The notes: generated by a model from the letters alone, not told the origin. A stretch of DNA of 64,000 nucleotides from Leucoraja ocellata (GCA_036785375.1 JAWMAR010000064.1:9052001-9116000); one strand, 5' to 3'; shown: positions 1 to 12,694, counted from the first letter of the stretch. Made by a program: numbers and translations.

Positions 1-957
1 TTGACACCTAATTCACTTTCATATCTCAAGTAATAAAAAAGTTATGGCCATTTTCATACTCGGAAATTAGCATCTTGTTCCCTATTGATTTTCTATGGAC
101 ATAACAAAAAAGCTGTGATCGTGGACAGTCAAAAGCCCATAACCTTCTTAAAAATTAAGAGAACTGAATGAAATTTTCAGTTATCATTGATTGAAGCATT
201 CTGAAACAAATATAAAATAATCTTACTTGGATGACCTGAAATTAAAGCATATAATTAGTTAGTTACCCAATTATAGCTAATTTCAAACTTCAATCACTAG
301 ATCTAAACATCTATCCATTTCTTAATAAATGATTAACATTTTTAAATAGCCCAAGTGTCCAAATAATATTCACAAATAATTCACCATAAAACATGATTTT
401 TAAAGCTCATTTACATCAATTTATAGGCCAAATGGAAGGAATTTAGTGTTCATTTGCTGTAAATTAAAGTCAATTTAAATCGGCTTTTTAGTGGGTTCCT
501 GTGAACGCGCTGGTTTAGAACGTTCACATTGCGCTGGATTTGTGCCCTCAAGTGCCCAGAAAAATACTGCGGGATATAAAGAGCCCAAAATGAACTACTC
601 GCTATAGAAAACTTTATATACAGGGTTATAAACAAGCCCCATTTAATGTAAAAATAAGGTACATACCTTTAATTGTTTGCTTTATAAAACCCTGGGGCTG
701 CGAGAGATTGCGGAGTGAGAGAGTGATTTTTAAACTACTATAAATATTATACAAGGCCATAAAAACTAATAATACCTTTTGCGACGGGGTCTTTCAGCGA
801 TTTTCCGTTAATGATTTAATAGGCTGAACATTTTCGATTGGAACAGCCTAGTAAAAATCGCGTTTTAAACCCGCCCCCTCTAAACAGCGCCAAAATCGCG
901 CACACGGGGTAGGGCAGATGCTCAGCCACGATTCAGGTAGGTTTTGTAACATACCTA
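1..957. mobile_element. Non-autonomous hAT-like DNA transposon, left end outside the window
   Basis: Inverted homolog of 29740-30602; ends TTTTGTAACATACCTA, the reverse complement of the terminus at 29740. Confidence 0.75.
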
Positions 958-1111
958 CAAGCTGTGCAGCAAAGATCGTATAGCTCCACTATATGATCCT
1001 TGCTGTGCAGGGACTGAAGACAGCGTGAGAATTCTGTCTTCAGCGTGAGGGCGTGAGAATTGGCTGAAATGAGTGAGTCTCACGCTCAAAGCGTGAGAGT
1101 TGGCAACCCTG
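958..1111. mobile_element. Right end of another hAT-like MITE
   Basis: Ends GTTGGCAACCCTG (reverse complement CAGGGTTGCCAAC, hAT-type TIR) with repeated GCGTGAG subterminal motifs; partner end not seen. Confidence 0.45.
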
Positions 1112-2287
1112 CCTAACCTCAGCAAAAACGGCGGTTTCTGTATCTGTGCTGTACGACTCTGTGACCCTATGACTCTAAGCACTGTGGCAATCCATGCGGT
1201 TGGTTCATCCCCACTCCTGAAGAATGGCAGTTTGGATGCTGGCTTTGGAAGCAATGCCCAGTACCCCAAACAAATGAATATTTAAAAAATCAATTCCATA
1301 TCAATAAAATGCAATAACAATCCCCACATTTTGCATATTTTTACAAACAAGTGTGTGTAATTTTAAAAATAAATCGAATCTATGAATGATTTGATAATTG
1401 AGTAATTTTTGAATTGGCTGTAAGCTTAATAAGCGGAGACATAAGCATTTCTGGCTGTTGTGCTGGAACAGTGCTCAGGCTATTTCTCAGCCCCAGGGGA
1501 ACGGTGCTAACCTCTGGTAAAGGCTAACAAGCTCCTTACAAGAGACTTAACAGGTTACTACCAATCATTTTCCAAAGGACCTAATACACTTCCCGACACT
1601 TTTATAAAGTACTTTCTGAAATCATTTTCACTGACTTGTGGTGGGCTTTAGACTGGCCTGATCTTTGTCACTTAAAGATTGATGGGAGAAAAAAAGCAAA
1701 ATGTTAGCTGTGAATCTTTCCTCTGAGACGTGGGCTGGGGTATTCTCCTGAGATGCTCCTGCTCTCTCCCTGTAATTAGACCATGAACATGAAGTGGAAA
1801 TCCTGACTGCACAGTTAATATGGATCCATTCATTACAGTTGAACAAACGCAGTTCTGGGAATTTATATACTTTATGTGGGAAATGTTATAGTTATATAAT
1901 TTGCACTTCCTCTCAGATTGTCGTCTGATTGGATAAACGTATTCAAGGCAGAGATGGACAGATTATTAATTAGTACGGGTGTCAGGGGTTATGGGCAGAA
2001 GGCAGGATGATGAGAAGGTCTTACCAAAACCCCAACCTAGGCAACTATTTGTGTGCTGGTCACAGAAGTGTATGTGAATAACCAAATAACCAGGATTTTG
2101 TTTTTGGAAATGCTGGTTTTCTATTTTTTAAAATTTTTGCAAGTGCTAACTCACTATAAGGCCCAGTCCGTAATAAGTCCAAAGGCGAAATGATCAGCTC
2201 AGCTCAGAGCCTCATTAATACAGTGCAATATAATACAGTCTCTGCATCCCTGCCATTGTTATAAAAGCTCATGCTGGCAACAGCTTA

Positions 2288-2492
2288 AGGGCCTGTCCCA
2301 CTTGGGCGGCATTTGCGCATCATTTACGCAACATCATTCACGCGTCACGACGCACCATGACGCGCATGTGAAGCGCGCATAGCTTGCATTACGCGCACAT
2401 GGCGTGCATTACGCGCGCATGGCATGCATTACGCGCGCATGGCATGCATTACAAACGCATGATGCAAATGACGCCCAAGTGGGACAGGCCCT
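2288..2492. mobile_element. PIF/Harbinger-type MITE
   Basis: TIR AGGGCCTGTCCCACTTGGGCG...CGCCCAAGTGGGACAGGCCCT, TTA on both sides, internal ~20-bp GCATTACGCGCGCATG repeats. Confidence 0.85.
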
Positions 2493-2494
2493 TT

Positions 2495-2640
2495 AGTTTA
2501 GTTCAGTTCAGTTTAGTTTATTGGCAAGTGTGCCGAGGTACAGTGAAAAGCTTTTGTTGCATGCTAACCAGTTAGCGGAAAGACAATACATGATTACAAT
2601 CGAGCCATTCACAGTGTACAGATACATGATAAGGGAATAA
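2495..2640 (-). mobile_element. 3' tail fragment of a Rex1/Babar-type LINE or dependent element
   Basis: Same sequence as 4770-4892 and the reverse complement of 19800-19940; AATAAA plus microsatellite tail. Confidence 0.55.
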
Positions 2641-2814
2641 GAAATGTCGCTGTAGGAGTAGAGATTTAAAAGTGTGGAACGATTGTAATGTTTATTGCAG
2701 AGCTCTGTGTTGGAGCTTGCCTTGTGAAATGTCAGTGCTACAGTTCCCATTGAAAAAGCAATGAGAATTTCAAACTACTTCCTCACCTACAAAGCACAAT
2801 GCGATACTGGGAAA

Positions 2815-2928
2815 GTCTGAAGAAGGGTTCTTCAGTCTGAAGAAGGGCCTCAACCCGAAACATCGCCAATTCCTTCTCTCCATAGATGCAGCTTCACTCG
2901 CTGAGTTACTCCAGCATTTTGTGTCTAT
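2815..2928 (+). mobile_element. Penelope pLTR-derived short repeat with hammerhead-like core
   Basis: CTGAAGAAGGGCCTCAACCCGAAACATC...GAGTTACTCCAGCATTTTGTGTCT; more than 10 related copies in the window. Confidence 0.7.
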
Positions 2929-3049
2929 CTACATGAAAGACAAGTTAAAGATGCCACATGAGCACCAATTTTCCTTTTATTTAATCCAATTAATGCCCTT
3001 CCTACTCCACAAGCAACATTACCTATTATGGGCAAATGTATTCGGTGGA

Positions 3050-3217
3050 TATTTTTATGGCAGATAGACACATTCTTGATTAGAATGGGTGTCAAGGGTT
3101 ATGGGGAGAAGGCAGGAAATGGGATTAGGAGGCAGAGATCAGCCATGATTGAATGGTGGAGTGGACTTGATGGGCTGAATGGCCTAATTCTACTCCTATA
3201 ACTTGTGAACTTGTGAA
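3050..3217 (+). mobile_element. CR1 (HER1-like) LINE 3' end
   Basis: GGTTATGGGGAGAAGGCAGG...GATCAGCCATGATTGAATGG...GAATGGCCT, shared with other CR1 3' ends in the window. Confidence 0.75.
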
Positions 3218-3697
3218 GTACTTTATTGTAAATGAAAGTGTTCCAGATCATTTAGCCATTATTTTTTGAAGACCAGAAATTGTAATCAAACACAAATATG
3301 GCCCTGTGAACTTAATAATGAGCAAGTATGGAGTTTAAGAAGAGCGATGATAGGCCTGATGATTGGAGATGAATGTTCATGCCCATGCATAAGAGTTGAA
3401 TGTTTTTCTGCAATATTGAAGCCAAGAATATGCCATTTTAGTGACTGTCTGCAGCATCCCTTTGAAGAAGGAGATGAAGCAGAATGTGGATTTAGTTGAC
3501 TGATGTATTATTGGAGTTTTCTAGTTGCTCCCCAGCCAACTCAGATTGAAGAAGCATTCCTGAAATAAATATTGTATCTCTTATTTGTGCAAGAGAGGGA
3601 TACAAAATCTGTTTCCAGTAGGTCTTCACTGCATCGCAGGAGCCATTTGTGACCAGAGATGGCGCTCTGGGGTTCCAGATCAGTCACACTACCCTCA

Positions 3698-4130
3698 GGG
3701 TGCTGTCCCACTTGGGTGACCTAATTGGCGAGTTTAGAAGAATTTAAAATAATGACATGTTGAAGATCTCCTTCGACTATGTAGAAGATCTACTTCGACC
3801 TCCTTCGACTATGTTGAAGACTACCTTCGACTACCTTCGACTGCCCTCGATTACCTTCGACTAACATGCCGACCTACTACGACCTACTACGACTAAACCC
3901 ACGAGTAAAAAAAGTATTGATTTTTTCCATGGCGACCTTTTTTAACTCACGGGCATTATTTAACATATTGAAAAAAACGCCGAGACCTAGCTGAGGCCTC
4001 GAGTACGCGCAGACTACTGTCGAGCATGAAGGAGAGTTACGGAGACCTCCTACGACCTCGTGTCGACCATGCTGCGAATATGAGTCGAGGGCAAACTCGC
4101 GGATTAGGTCACCCAAGTGGGACAGGCCCT
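3698..4130. mobile_element. PIF/Harbinger-type non-autonomous element
   Basis: TIR CTGTCCCACTTGGGTGACCTAAT...ATTAGGTCACCCAAGTGGGACAGGCCCT; internal (CTTCGAC)n; homologous to 24285-24874. Confidence 0.8.
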
Positions 4131-4554
4131 TTACGGGTGAAGCACATTGCAGCTTATAATGGAGACCCTGCCTCATGGCAAATGAGATGCAGGTTTAATC
4201 CTGACCTTGGGTCACAGAGAATGGTGCGTTATTTGTCACATATACAACTGCACAGAGACATTGATTTTGCATGTATTACACATGCGGGCACTGCCATGTA
4301 TTACACATGCGGCCATGCCATGTATTACACATGCGGGCACTGCCATGTATTACACAGTCGGGCTCGGTGGGCCGAATGGCCTGTTTCCATACTTTATGAA
4401 AAAGAATAAAGACAATCGCATGTACACTTTCTGATCACCAGCCTGGTTCCACGGGATACCAAAGGCCTATTGCCGGTGGAGGGATCCAAAATTGTTGCTA
4501 ACTTTGTCTGCACACTGCTGATGGCCATAGGCCAGGAACTCACAGCTTACCGTG

Positions 4555-5085
4555 TGTAGGAAAGAACTGCAGATGCTGGTTTGAATCGAAGGTAGACACA
4601 AAAAGCTGAAGGAACTCAGCGGGACAGGCAGCATCTCTGGAGAGAAGGAATGAGTGATGTTTCGGGTCGAGATCCTTCTTCAGACTCAAACTGAGGTGGG
4701 AAGGGACAAAATGAAAAAAGGGAGACAGGGTAGAGTCAAGATAGGAAGTTCAGTTGAGTTCATTTCATTTTAGTTTATTGCCAGGTGTAGCGAGGTACAG
4801 TGAAAACTCTTGTTGCGTGGTAACCAGTCAGCGGGAAAGACAATACATGATTACAATCGAGACATTTACAGTGAACAAATACATGATAAGGGAGTAGGTC
4901 ACGGGCAGAACATACAGATCGGTCTGAAGACGTGTCTCGACCGGTAACGTCACCCATACCTTCTCTCCAATACAATACAATACAATACCTTTATTTGTCA
5001 TTTGAACCTCACATGAGGTTCAAACGAAATTTAGAGATCCAGAGATGCTGCCTGTCCCGCTGAGTTACATCAGCATTTTGTGGCT
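4555..5085. mobile_element. Inverted pair of Penelope-derived repeats interrupted by two LINE-tail insertions
   Basis: Minus copy at 4555-4686 and plus copy at 4922-5085, the latter split by an insert at ~4970-5040. Confidence 0.7.
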
Positions 5086-5536
5086 ACTCACAGCTCACCA
5101 GTCTAATTTACGATCGATCCCAAGTCCAATTGCAATAGCTGCTGGAACCTATCAGCTTAGAAACATAGTTCAGTTACTGCTCACAATTCACACTGACAAG
5201 GCTTCATAACACAATCTCTCCCCTGCCACATGTCGAGAAGATGCGAGACATTAAATGGAAATTTTTACTTCAGCATGGAAAATGTGGAGCCACACTACTT
5301 GTGATACTTGACACTTGAGCTCCCACTTCACACCCATTTTACACTTGTAAACACACATTTGGTTTGCTCATCCGGAAATGGAAACATGGACAGTGTCCAA
5401 TGTCGCCCAGTGCTCTTGCCTAAGTTAGCAGACATTAGAGAATGTGAATAAGAAGGTTCTGTTTTCACACAGTGAACTTCCTTTAGTGTGAACGGACGCC
5501 AGCAGCAAGTAAAATTGAACAAATTAGCCTCATAAT

Positions 5537-5803
5537 TTTAGTTTAGTTTAGAGATACAGCGTGGAAACAGGCCCTTCAGCCCACCGTGTCTGCACTGACC
5601 AGCGATCCCCGCACATTAACACTAGGGACAATTTTACATTTAAATCAAGCCAATTAACCTGAAACCTGTATGTCTTTGGAGTGTGGGAGGAAACCGAAGA
5701 TCTCGGAGAAAACCCACGCAGGGTGCAGGGAGAACGCACAAACACAAACCGGGTCTCAGGCGCTCTGGGGCAGTAGCTTTTCCGCTGTGCCACCGTGCTG
5801 CCC
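5537..5803 (-). mobile_element. HE1-like V-SINE (tRNA-derived head, CR1-like tail)
   Basis: Reverse complement starts GGGCAGCACGGTGGCACAGCGG; core ...CCTCCCACACTCCAAAGAC...; tail (CTAAA)n. Confidence 0.8.
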
Positions 5804-5809
5804 ACTTGC

Positions 5810-6260
5810 TCACATTTTGCACACACATGCTCCCAAAAACAGCAATGACCAGGTCATCAGTTTGGGAGGTAAATATGATTCAGAAAGCAATATTCAATAC
5901 AATACAATACAATATGGTGTATTTGTCACATTGCACATAAGTGCAAATGAAATGAATATGTCAGCAGCGGTACAATTATAAAGAACACACACAAAAACAC
6001 AATAAAAATTTAACAAAAACATCCACCACAGCATTCATGACTGTGGTGGAAGGCACACAATATGAATATTCTTTGACTATTCTTCTTTGAGTTGTGCCAT
6101 GGGATATTTTGCATCCACATAAAAGTGCAGACAGGCCATTGATTTTACATTTCATCCAAGAGACATCTTTGACAATCCCTCTGCAGTGACAGGAATCTCA
6201 ACCTACCTTATGTGTAAGTCTCTTTAGTAGGGCTTAACCTTCTATCTCAGGGGGTTAAGA
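5810..6260 (-). mobile_element. Old DeuSINE (SacSINE1/AmnSINE1-like) relic, split by an insert at 5896-6065
   Basis: GTGCCATGGGATATTTTGCATCCAC...GCAGACAGG resembles the Deu domain as I recall it; duplicated at 8795-9075. Confidence 0.6.
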
Positions 6261-8179
6261 AGACAGGAGAATTTTTGTACTTCAAGGCTGACTGGCGGAA
6301 ATAGAAACCATTAAATACCATGGAAAACCCAGGCCAGTAATGCACTAATCATATAAATGGTCAAACCATGAAATAAAATGTTACCAAATCCATGAAAAAA
6401 AACAAATGTCAGAAAGCACAACATGAATTTACAGAAGCTAAGTAGGATGCTGTTTAACATTAATGGAGCAAACTAATAATATGTTTAAGAGAGAAGATGG
6501 CCTGAGCAGATCACAGGTAATTTCTAAAACAAACATAATAGAATCAGCAGGATAATAGTTACTCAAATGTGAAATTAAAGTAATCCATTCTGTACAACTT
6601 TGTGTGAAAATAGCTAAACAAAAGCATAAAATGCATGATTTATCAGCCTATTAATTGGATAATGATAATCTCAGTAAATCATGTGGTGAATTTACTGGGA
6701 TATTGATGTTCTTGGTCCTGTGATGTTGTATTTACTATATAGGATCTATTTTCACTCATTTGAAGCATTAGAATTAATTATTCACTTAATTTAACACTTC
6801 TACTTTAAAAAGTATTCTTAAAATTTAGAAATTTTAAATGTAGAAACTTTTGGTAAATTATCAGGGAATTTTCTACTAATCCTATGAATTGGTACACGTG
6901 ACAATAAAGCACTTTTGAAACCTTTGAATTCATGATATTTAAAATAAGTGTGCTTTTAAAATCTAACAATTTATAATCACATTTCTTGGCAAATTCTTAA
7001 TGTAAACAAATTGCTCCTTAACTAGCATATATTACCCAAAATGATAGAGCATCTCAGAAGTGTAGAGTATAAATTTGCTATTTTGAATGTGACCGGATCT
7101 TCTAATTATTATTCCACAGAAATAAATGGTACTGTTGATAATTAAATTTAATGCCTCTTCTCTGATGTCCGTTTGGCATCTTGGCTTTTCGACATGTTGT
7201 CCTTTCGGCATCTTGGCTTCGGCTTCTTAGCTTCAGCTTCTCGTCCTTCGGCGTCCTGTCCGCACATGTGGGGAAATAGTTATGTAATATTCATAATTTA
7301 AGAATGTTTGTTTTACTTTGTATCATGGTGGAGGATTTGTTCATATTGTTTTGTATTGTACGTATCATTTTTGTAAATAATTGATTTAAATGCTTTTATT
7401 TTTTTTAAAAAGGGCTCCTCTGTTGCCTTCAACCGGATCGGCCTGCGAACTGACGTAACATTTCATTCTGTGGAATAATATTCAGAAGACCTCTACTTCC
7501 TGAGTCTTCTCAGGAAGTAGTGTTGGTGTGCTTTCTTGGCTGTCGTATCAATGTGATTGGTCCATGACAGATTGTTGGTAACATTAATACCTAGCAACTG
7601 GGTGACGTTTCGGGTCGAGGCCCTTCTTCAGACTTGGGAAGGGTCTGGACCGGTAACGTCACCCATTCCTTCTCTCCAGAGATGCTGCCTGTCCCACTGA
7701 GTTACACCAGCATTTTGTGGCTACTCACAGCTCACCAGTCTAATTTACGAACGATCTCAAGTCCAATTGCAATAACTGCTGGAACCTACCAGCTTACAAA
7801 CATACTGTAGCTCAGTTACTGCTCACAATTCACACTGACAAGGCTTCATAACACAATCTCTCCCCTGCCACATGTCGAAAAGATGCGAGACATTAAATGG
7901 AAATTTTTACTTCAGCATGGAAAATGTGGAGCCACACTACCTGTGATACTTGACACTTGAGCACCCACTTTACACCCATTTTACACTTGAAAACACTTAA
8001 ATTTGCTTTGCTCATCCTGAAGTGAGGACATAGACAACTGCAATGTCACCCAGTGCTCTTGCCTAACTTAGCAGACATTAGAGAATGTGAACAAGAAGGT
8101 TCTGTTTTCACACGGTGAGCTTCCTTTAGTGTGAACGGATGCCAGCAGCAAGTAAAATTGAACAAATTAGCCTCAGAGA

Positions 8180-8789
8180 TTTAGTTTAGTTCAAGTTGAA
8201 GTTCAAGTTCAAATGTATTTGTCATGTGCTCCGTAAGGTGCAGTGAAATGTAATTTACCATGCAGCGTTACAATTTAAAAAAGACACAATACACACCATA
8301 ATTCAACACAGGCATCCACCACAGTATTCTTCACTGTGCTGGAACGCAATACAGTTCAGACAGTCCTCCTCCTCCTCCCTTGTTCACCCATGGTCGGGGT
8401 CCTGACCCTTCGTAGTCGCCGCTACGGACCGCCTGATTGTCAAGCCCTCTGGTCAGGATGCTCGGAACGCCGACGTCGGGAAAGGTCGGAAGATAGTTTA
8501 GGGATACAGTGCGAAAAAAGGCCCTTCGGCCCACCGTGTCAGCACTGACCAGCGATCCCCACACAGTAACCTGCCCTACACACACAGGGAACAATTTTAC
8601 ATTTAATTAACCTACAAACCTGTACGTCTTTGGAATGTGGGAGGAAACTGAAGTCCTCGGAGAAAACCCACACAGGTCACAGGGAGAATGTACAAACTCT
8701 GTACAGGCAAATACCTGTAGTCAGTCTTGACCCCGGGTCTCGGGCGCTGTGGGGCAGTAGCTTTGCCACTGCACCAGCGTGCTGCCCAC
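8180..8789 (-). mobile_element. HE1-like V-SINE (duplicate of 5537-5803) with a ~300-bp insert at 8190-8492
   Basis: Same SINE and flanks as unit A; the insert is absent from unit A. Confidence 0.8.
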
Positions 8790-9824
8790 TTGCTCACATT
8801 TTGCACACACAAGCTCCGAAAAACAGCAATGCGATAAATGACCAGGTCATCAGTTTGGGAGACAAATATGGTTCAGAAAGCAATATTCTTTGAATATTCG
8901 TCTTTGAATTGTGCCATGGGATATTTCGTATCCACATAAAAGGGCAGACAGGCCATTGATTTTACATTTCATCCAAGAGACATCTTTGACATTCCCTCTG
9001 CAGTGACAGGAATCTCAACTTACCTTATGTGTTGAAGTCTCTGTAATAGGGATTAACCTACTATCTCAGGGGGTTAAGAAGACAGGAGAATGTTTGTACT
9101 TCAAGGCTGACTGGCGGAAATAAAAACCATTAAATACCATGGAAAACCCAGGCCAGTAATGCACTAATCATAGAAATGATAAAGCCATGTAATAAAATGT
9201 AAACGCAATCTATGAAAGAAAACAAATGTCAGAAAGCACAACATGAATTTACAGAAGCTAAGTAGGATGCTGTTTAACTGTAATGGAGCAAACTAATAAT
9301 ATGTTTAAGAGAGAAGATGGCCTGAGCAGATCACAGGTAATTTCTAAAACAAAACATAATAGAATCAGCAGGATAATAGTTACTCAAATGTGAAATTAAA
9401 GTAATCCATTCTGGCCAACCTTGTGTGAAAATAGCTAAACAAAGTATAAAATGCATGATTTATCATCCTATTAATTGGATAATGATAATCTCAGTAAATC
9501 ATGTGGTGAATTTACTGGGATATTGATGTTCTTGGTCCTGTGATGTTGTATTTACAATATAGGATATATTTTCACTCATTTGAAGCATTAGAATTAATTA
9601 TTCACTTTAATAAAATAGTCCCCAGTGTGTGTAGGGCAGTGTTAATGTGTGGGGATTGCTTGTCGCTGCGGACTCAGTTGGCCGAAGGGCCTGTTTCAAC
9701 GCTGTATCGCTAAACTAAGCTTAAGCCCAAGGCTCCTGCAGGTGTCCACGAGCACCATGGGGGGTTTCCAGAACCGTTGGGCACCGCGGGGTGTGGAATG
9801 CATCCTCCAACGGTATGGGGAAAT

Positions 9825-10498
9825 GGTACCAGGACAGGACGCCAAAGGATGAGAAACCGAAGCCAACATGCCGAATGGACACGATGCCTAAAGGACATGA
9901 CGTCGAATGGACATGAACTCGAAAATTTATGACACTGAACCGCACATGAAGCCGAAATGATTATCAGTATGAAACACTTTAAAAAATCTATATTTACTGC
10001 AAGAATTGTTGCACCTTGTTACATTTTAAAATAGTTAAATTGTTGTACCTTGTAAGTCTCCGGGAACAGGATTGGTCCGACAGCTTGGTAGTCATAGACA
10101 AATGTCAGCGATTGGTCCAGACCCCTGCGAAGTCCATCACATCACTGCCTCTGTGGCAATCGCAGCAGCTTGGAGTCACTGCCACCATTTTACAAATGTA
10201 AGCTTAAGATCCCCCCCACCCTCCTGTCTCTCCTCGGCCAGTGATGTGATGGACTCAGGGGTCTGGACCAATCGCTGGCCTTGGTTGATGACTGACAAGG
10301 TGTCAGACCAATCCTATCCCAGGAGACGTTATGTCCGTATGGAGTCATGTCCGTTCAGCGTCATGACTTTTCGATGTCATGTCCGTTCGGCGACATGTCC
10401 ATTCGGCATCTTGGCTTTTTGACATGTTGTCCTTTCGGCATCTTGGCTTCGGCTTCTTGGCCTCAGCTTCTCGGTCTTCGGTGTCCTGTCCGCACACG
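9825..10498. mobile_element. Mutator/Foldback-like non-autonomous element
   Basis: ~140-170-bp inverted arms built of GCCGAA/GGACA subrepeats; 9-bp direct repeat TGGGGAAAT at 9816-9824 and 10499-10507. Confidence 0.75.
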
Positions 10499-11519
10499 TG
10501 GGGAAATAGTTATGTAATATTCAGAATTTAAGAATATTTGTTTTACTTTGTATCATGGTGGAGGGTTTGTTCGTATTGTTTTGTATTATACATATCATTT
10601 TTGTAACTAATTGATTAAAATTATTATATTTTTTTATATAAAGGCTCCTCTGTTACCTTCAACCGGATCGGCCTGCGAACTGACGTAACATTTCATTCTG
10701 TGGAATAATATTCAGACCTCTACTTCCTGAGTCTTCTTAGGAAGCAGTGTTGGTGTGCCTTCTTGGCTGCTGCATCATTGTGATTGGTCCATGACAGATT
10801 GTTGGTAATTAATATCCAGGAACTGGGTGACGTTTTGGGTCGAGACCCTTCTTCAAAGTTGGGAGGGGTCTCGACCAGAAATGTCAACCATTCCTTCTCT
10901 CCAGAGATGCTGCCAGTCCCGATGAGTTACTCCAGCATTTTGTGCCTACATGCTTATGTTGTTGTAAGGTCTCTTCAATTTGTTCCATTGCATTTACCTC
11001 TCTAACAATGTCAGGCAGACATAAGAGTAAAATAAGTACAGAGCCTTCTGAAACAATGAAAAAAGGTGCAATATAGTGTCGTCACTGAAGTCAAACATCA
11101 TCAGTTATTAGGCATGCTTTAGTGCCATATGGATTAATGGTTGAGACACTTGTAAAAGACCTAAGGAGCAAGCTTCCAATAAGCAAGCAGGCACTAGAAT
11201 TAAAGGTAAGTTGAAAAACTATAAAACATTTTATTATTATAGTATTTACTTATTAATGTTATTATTGTATTTCATTTTATGCTTTACTTTTTAAACCTAT
11301 GCCAACACCTACTTTGGCAATTTTGCCAGTCCTATTCCCTCATTCTTTCCTCGTAGCCCTCGAAGGGTAAAGGGTGCTGGCTCGAAGGGCCGAATGGCCT
11401 ACTACTGCACCTATTGTCTATTGTCAATTGTCTATTGTCAAATGCATAATCAATTCCATTTTGAAGGCGATGATAGATTTGATTACCTCCCTCCTCACAG
11501 GCAGCAAGTTTACTTTTTT

Positions 11520-11808
11520 TTGGTTTATGTTACAGAATGGCAACAGGCCTTTCGGCCAACCGAGTCCACGCTGATCATCGATCACCCATTCCCGCTAGTT
11601 CTATGTTATCACACTTTCGCAGCCACTCCCTGCCCGCTAGACGCAATTTACAGAGGTCAATTAACCTACAAACCTGCACATCTTTGGGATGTGGGAGGAA
11701 ACTGGAGCATGTGGAAGAAACTCCACACAAATATCACCCAAAGACAGGATCGAACCTGGGTCTCTGGCACTGCAAGACAGCAGCTTCACCAGCTGTGCCA
11801 CAATGCCA
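11520..11808 (-). mobile_element. HE1-like V-SINE
   Basis: CAATTAACCTACAAACCTGCACATCTTTGGGATGTGGGAGGAAAC core and GGATCGAACC (B-box reverse complement). Confidence 0.8.
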
Positions 11809-12144
11809 CTTCTACCAGATCATAACCACTTTCTAAGTGAAGATGTCTTTACCTCACTTTTACCTGTGGCCAGAAATCTTAAATCGCTATCTTATTGGTG
11901 CATGAACCATTCACTAATTTCTCTCGATTTACTCTCGCTGAACCAGTTATGATCTGTCAAGTCTCCACTCGACCTTCTCTGCTTCAAGGCAGGCATTTGA
12001 TCTTCTGCAGCCTATTCCCATGCACACCATCATGGCTCCTCTGCACTTGTGCCCATGCAGAACCAAGCAAAGATCCCTCCTCTATTTTATCTCATAAACT
12101 GAAAGTATTGTTGGAACTCATGACTATTCCTCCAAGGCTGAATA

Positions 12145-12694
12145 ACAGGAATGAGAAGAATAGATCGGTTAGATGCATCGGTTAGAGTCTCTTGCCCAGA
12201 GTAAATGAATCGAGGACCAGAGGACATAGGTTGAAGGTGAAGGGAAGTATTTACAGATGGGGATCAGTGACCTGCAGAAAAGCGGTCAGACTCTTCTTAG
12301 TTGTGGATCTCGTTTACGTGGGTGTTACCTGCCAGGCATCAGCACTGCTGTCGCTGAAGTGCTCTGTGCATTTCCCCCGATGAGGAATAGATCGGGTAGA
12401 TGCAGAGTCTCTGGCCCAGAGTAGGGGAATCGAGGACCAGAGGACTAAGGGGAAAAGAGTTAATAGGAATCTGAGGGGTAACTTTTTCACACAGAGGGTG
12501 GTAGGTGCATGGAACAAGCTGCCAGAGGAGGTAGTTTAGGCAGGGACTATCCCAACATTTAAGAAACAGTTAGACAGGTGGATGGATTGGACAAATTTGG
12601 AGGGATATGAGTGTAGCTGGGACATTGTTGGTCGGTGTGGGCAAGTTGGGCTGTGTGGCATGTTTCCACACTGTATCAATCTATGACTCTATGA
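12145..12694 (+). mobile_element. CR1 LINE 3' fragments, partly duplicated
   Basis: Encodes the ...ESRTRGHRLKVKG CR1 ORF2 C-terminus; tail CTATGACTCTATGA. Confidence 0.75.

Larger units (their letters stand above)
4922..10945 (+). repeat. Tandem segmental duplication: unit A ~4922-7635, unit B ~7636-10860
   Basis: Collinear matches 5086~7722, 6421~9241 and 7270-7600~10500-10826; junctions fall in Penelope-derived repeats. Confidence 0.92.

Noticed and set aside
3650-3670. CTCF-like motif CCAGAGATGGCGCT
   Set aside because: Spacing is one base short of the consensus core and there is no supporting context.
5740-5803. tRNA genes
   Set aside because: These are tRNA-derived SINE heads attached to V-SINE bodies, with no complete cloverleaf.
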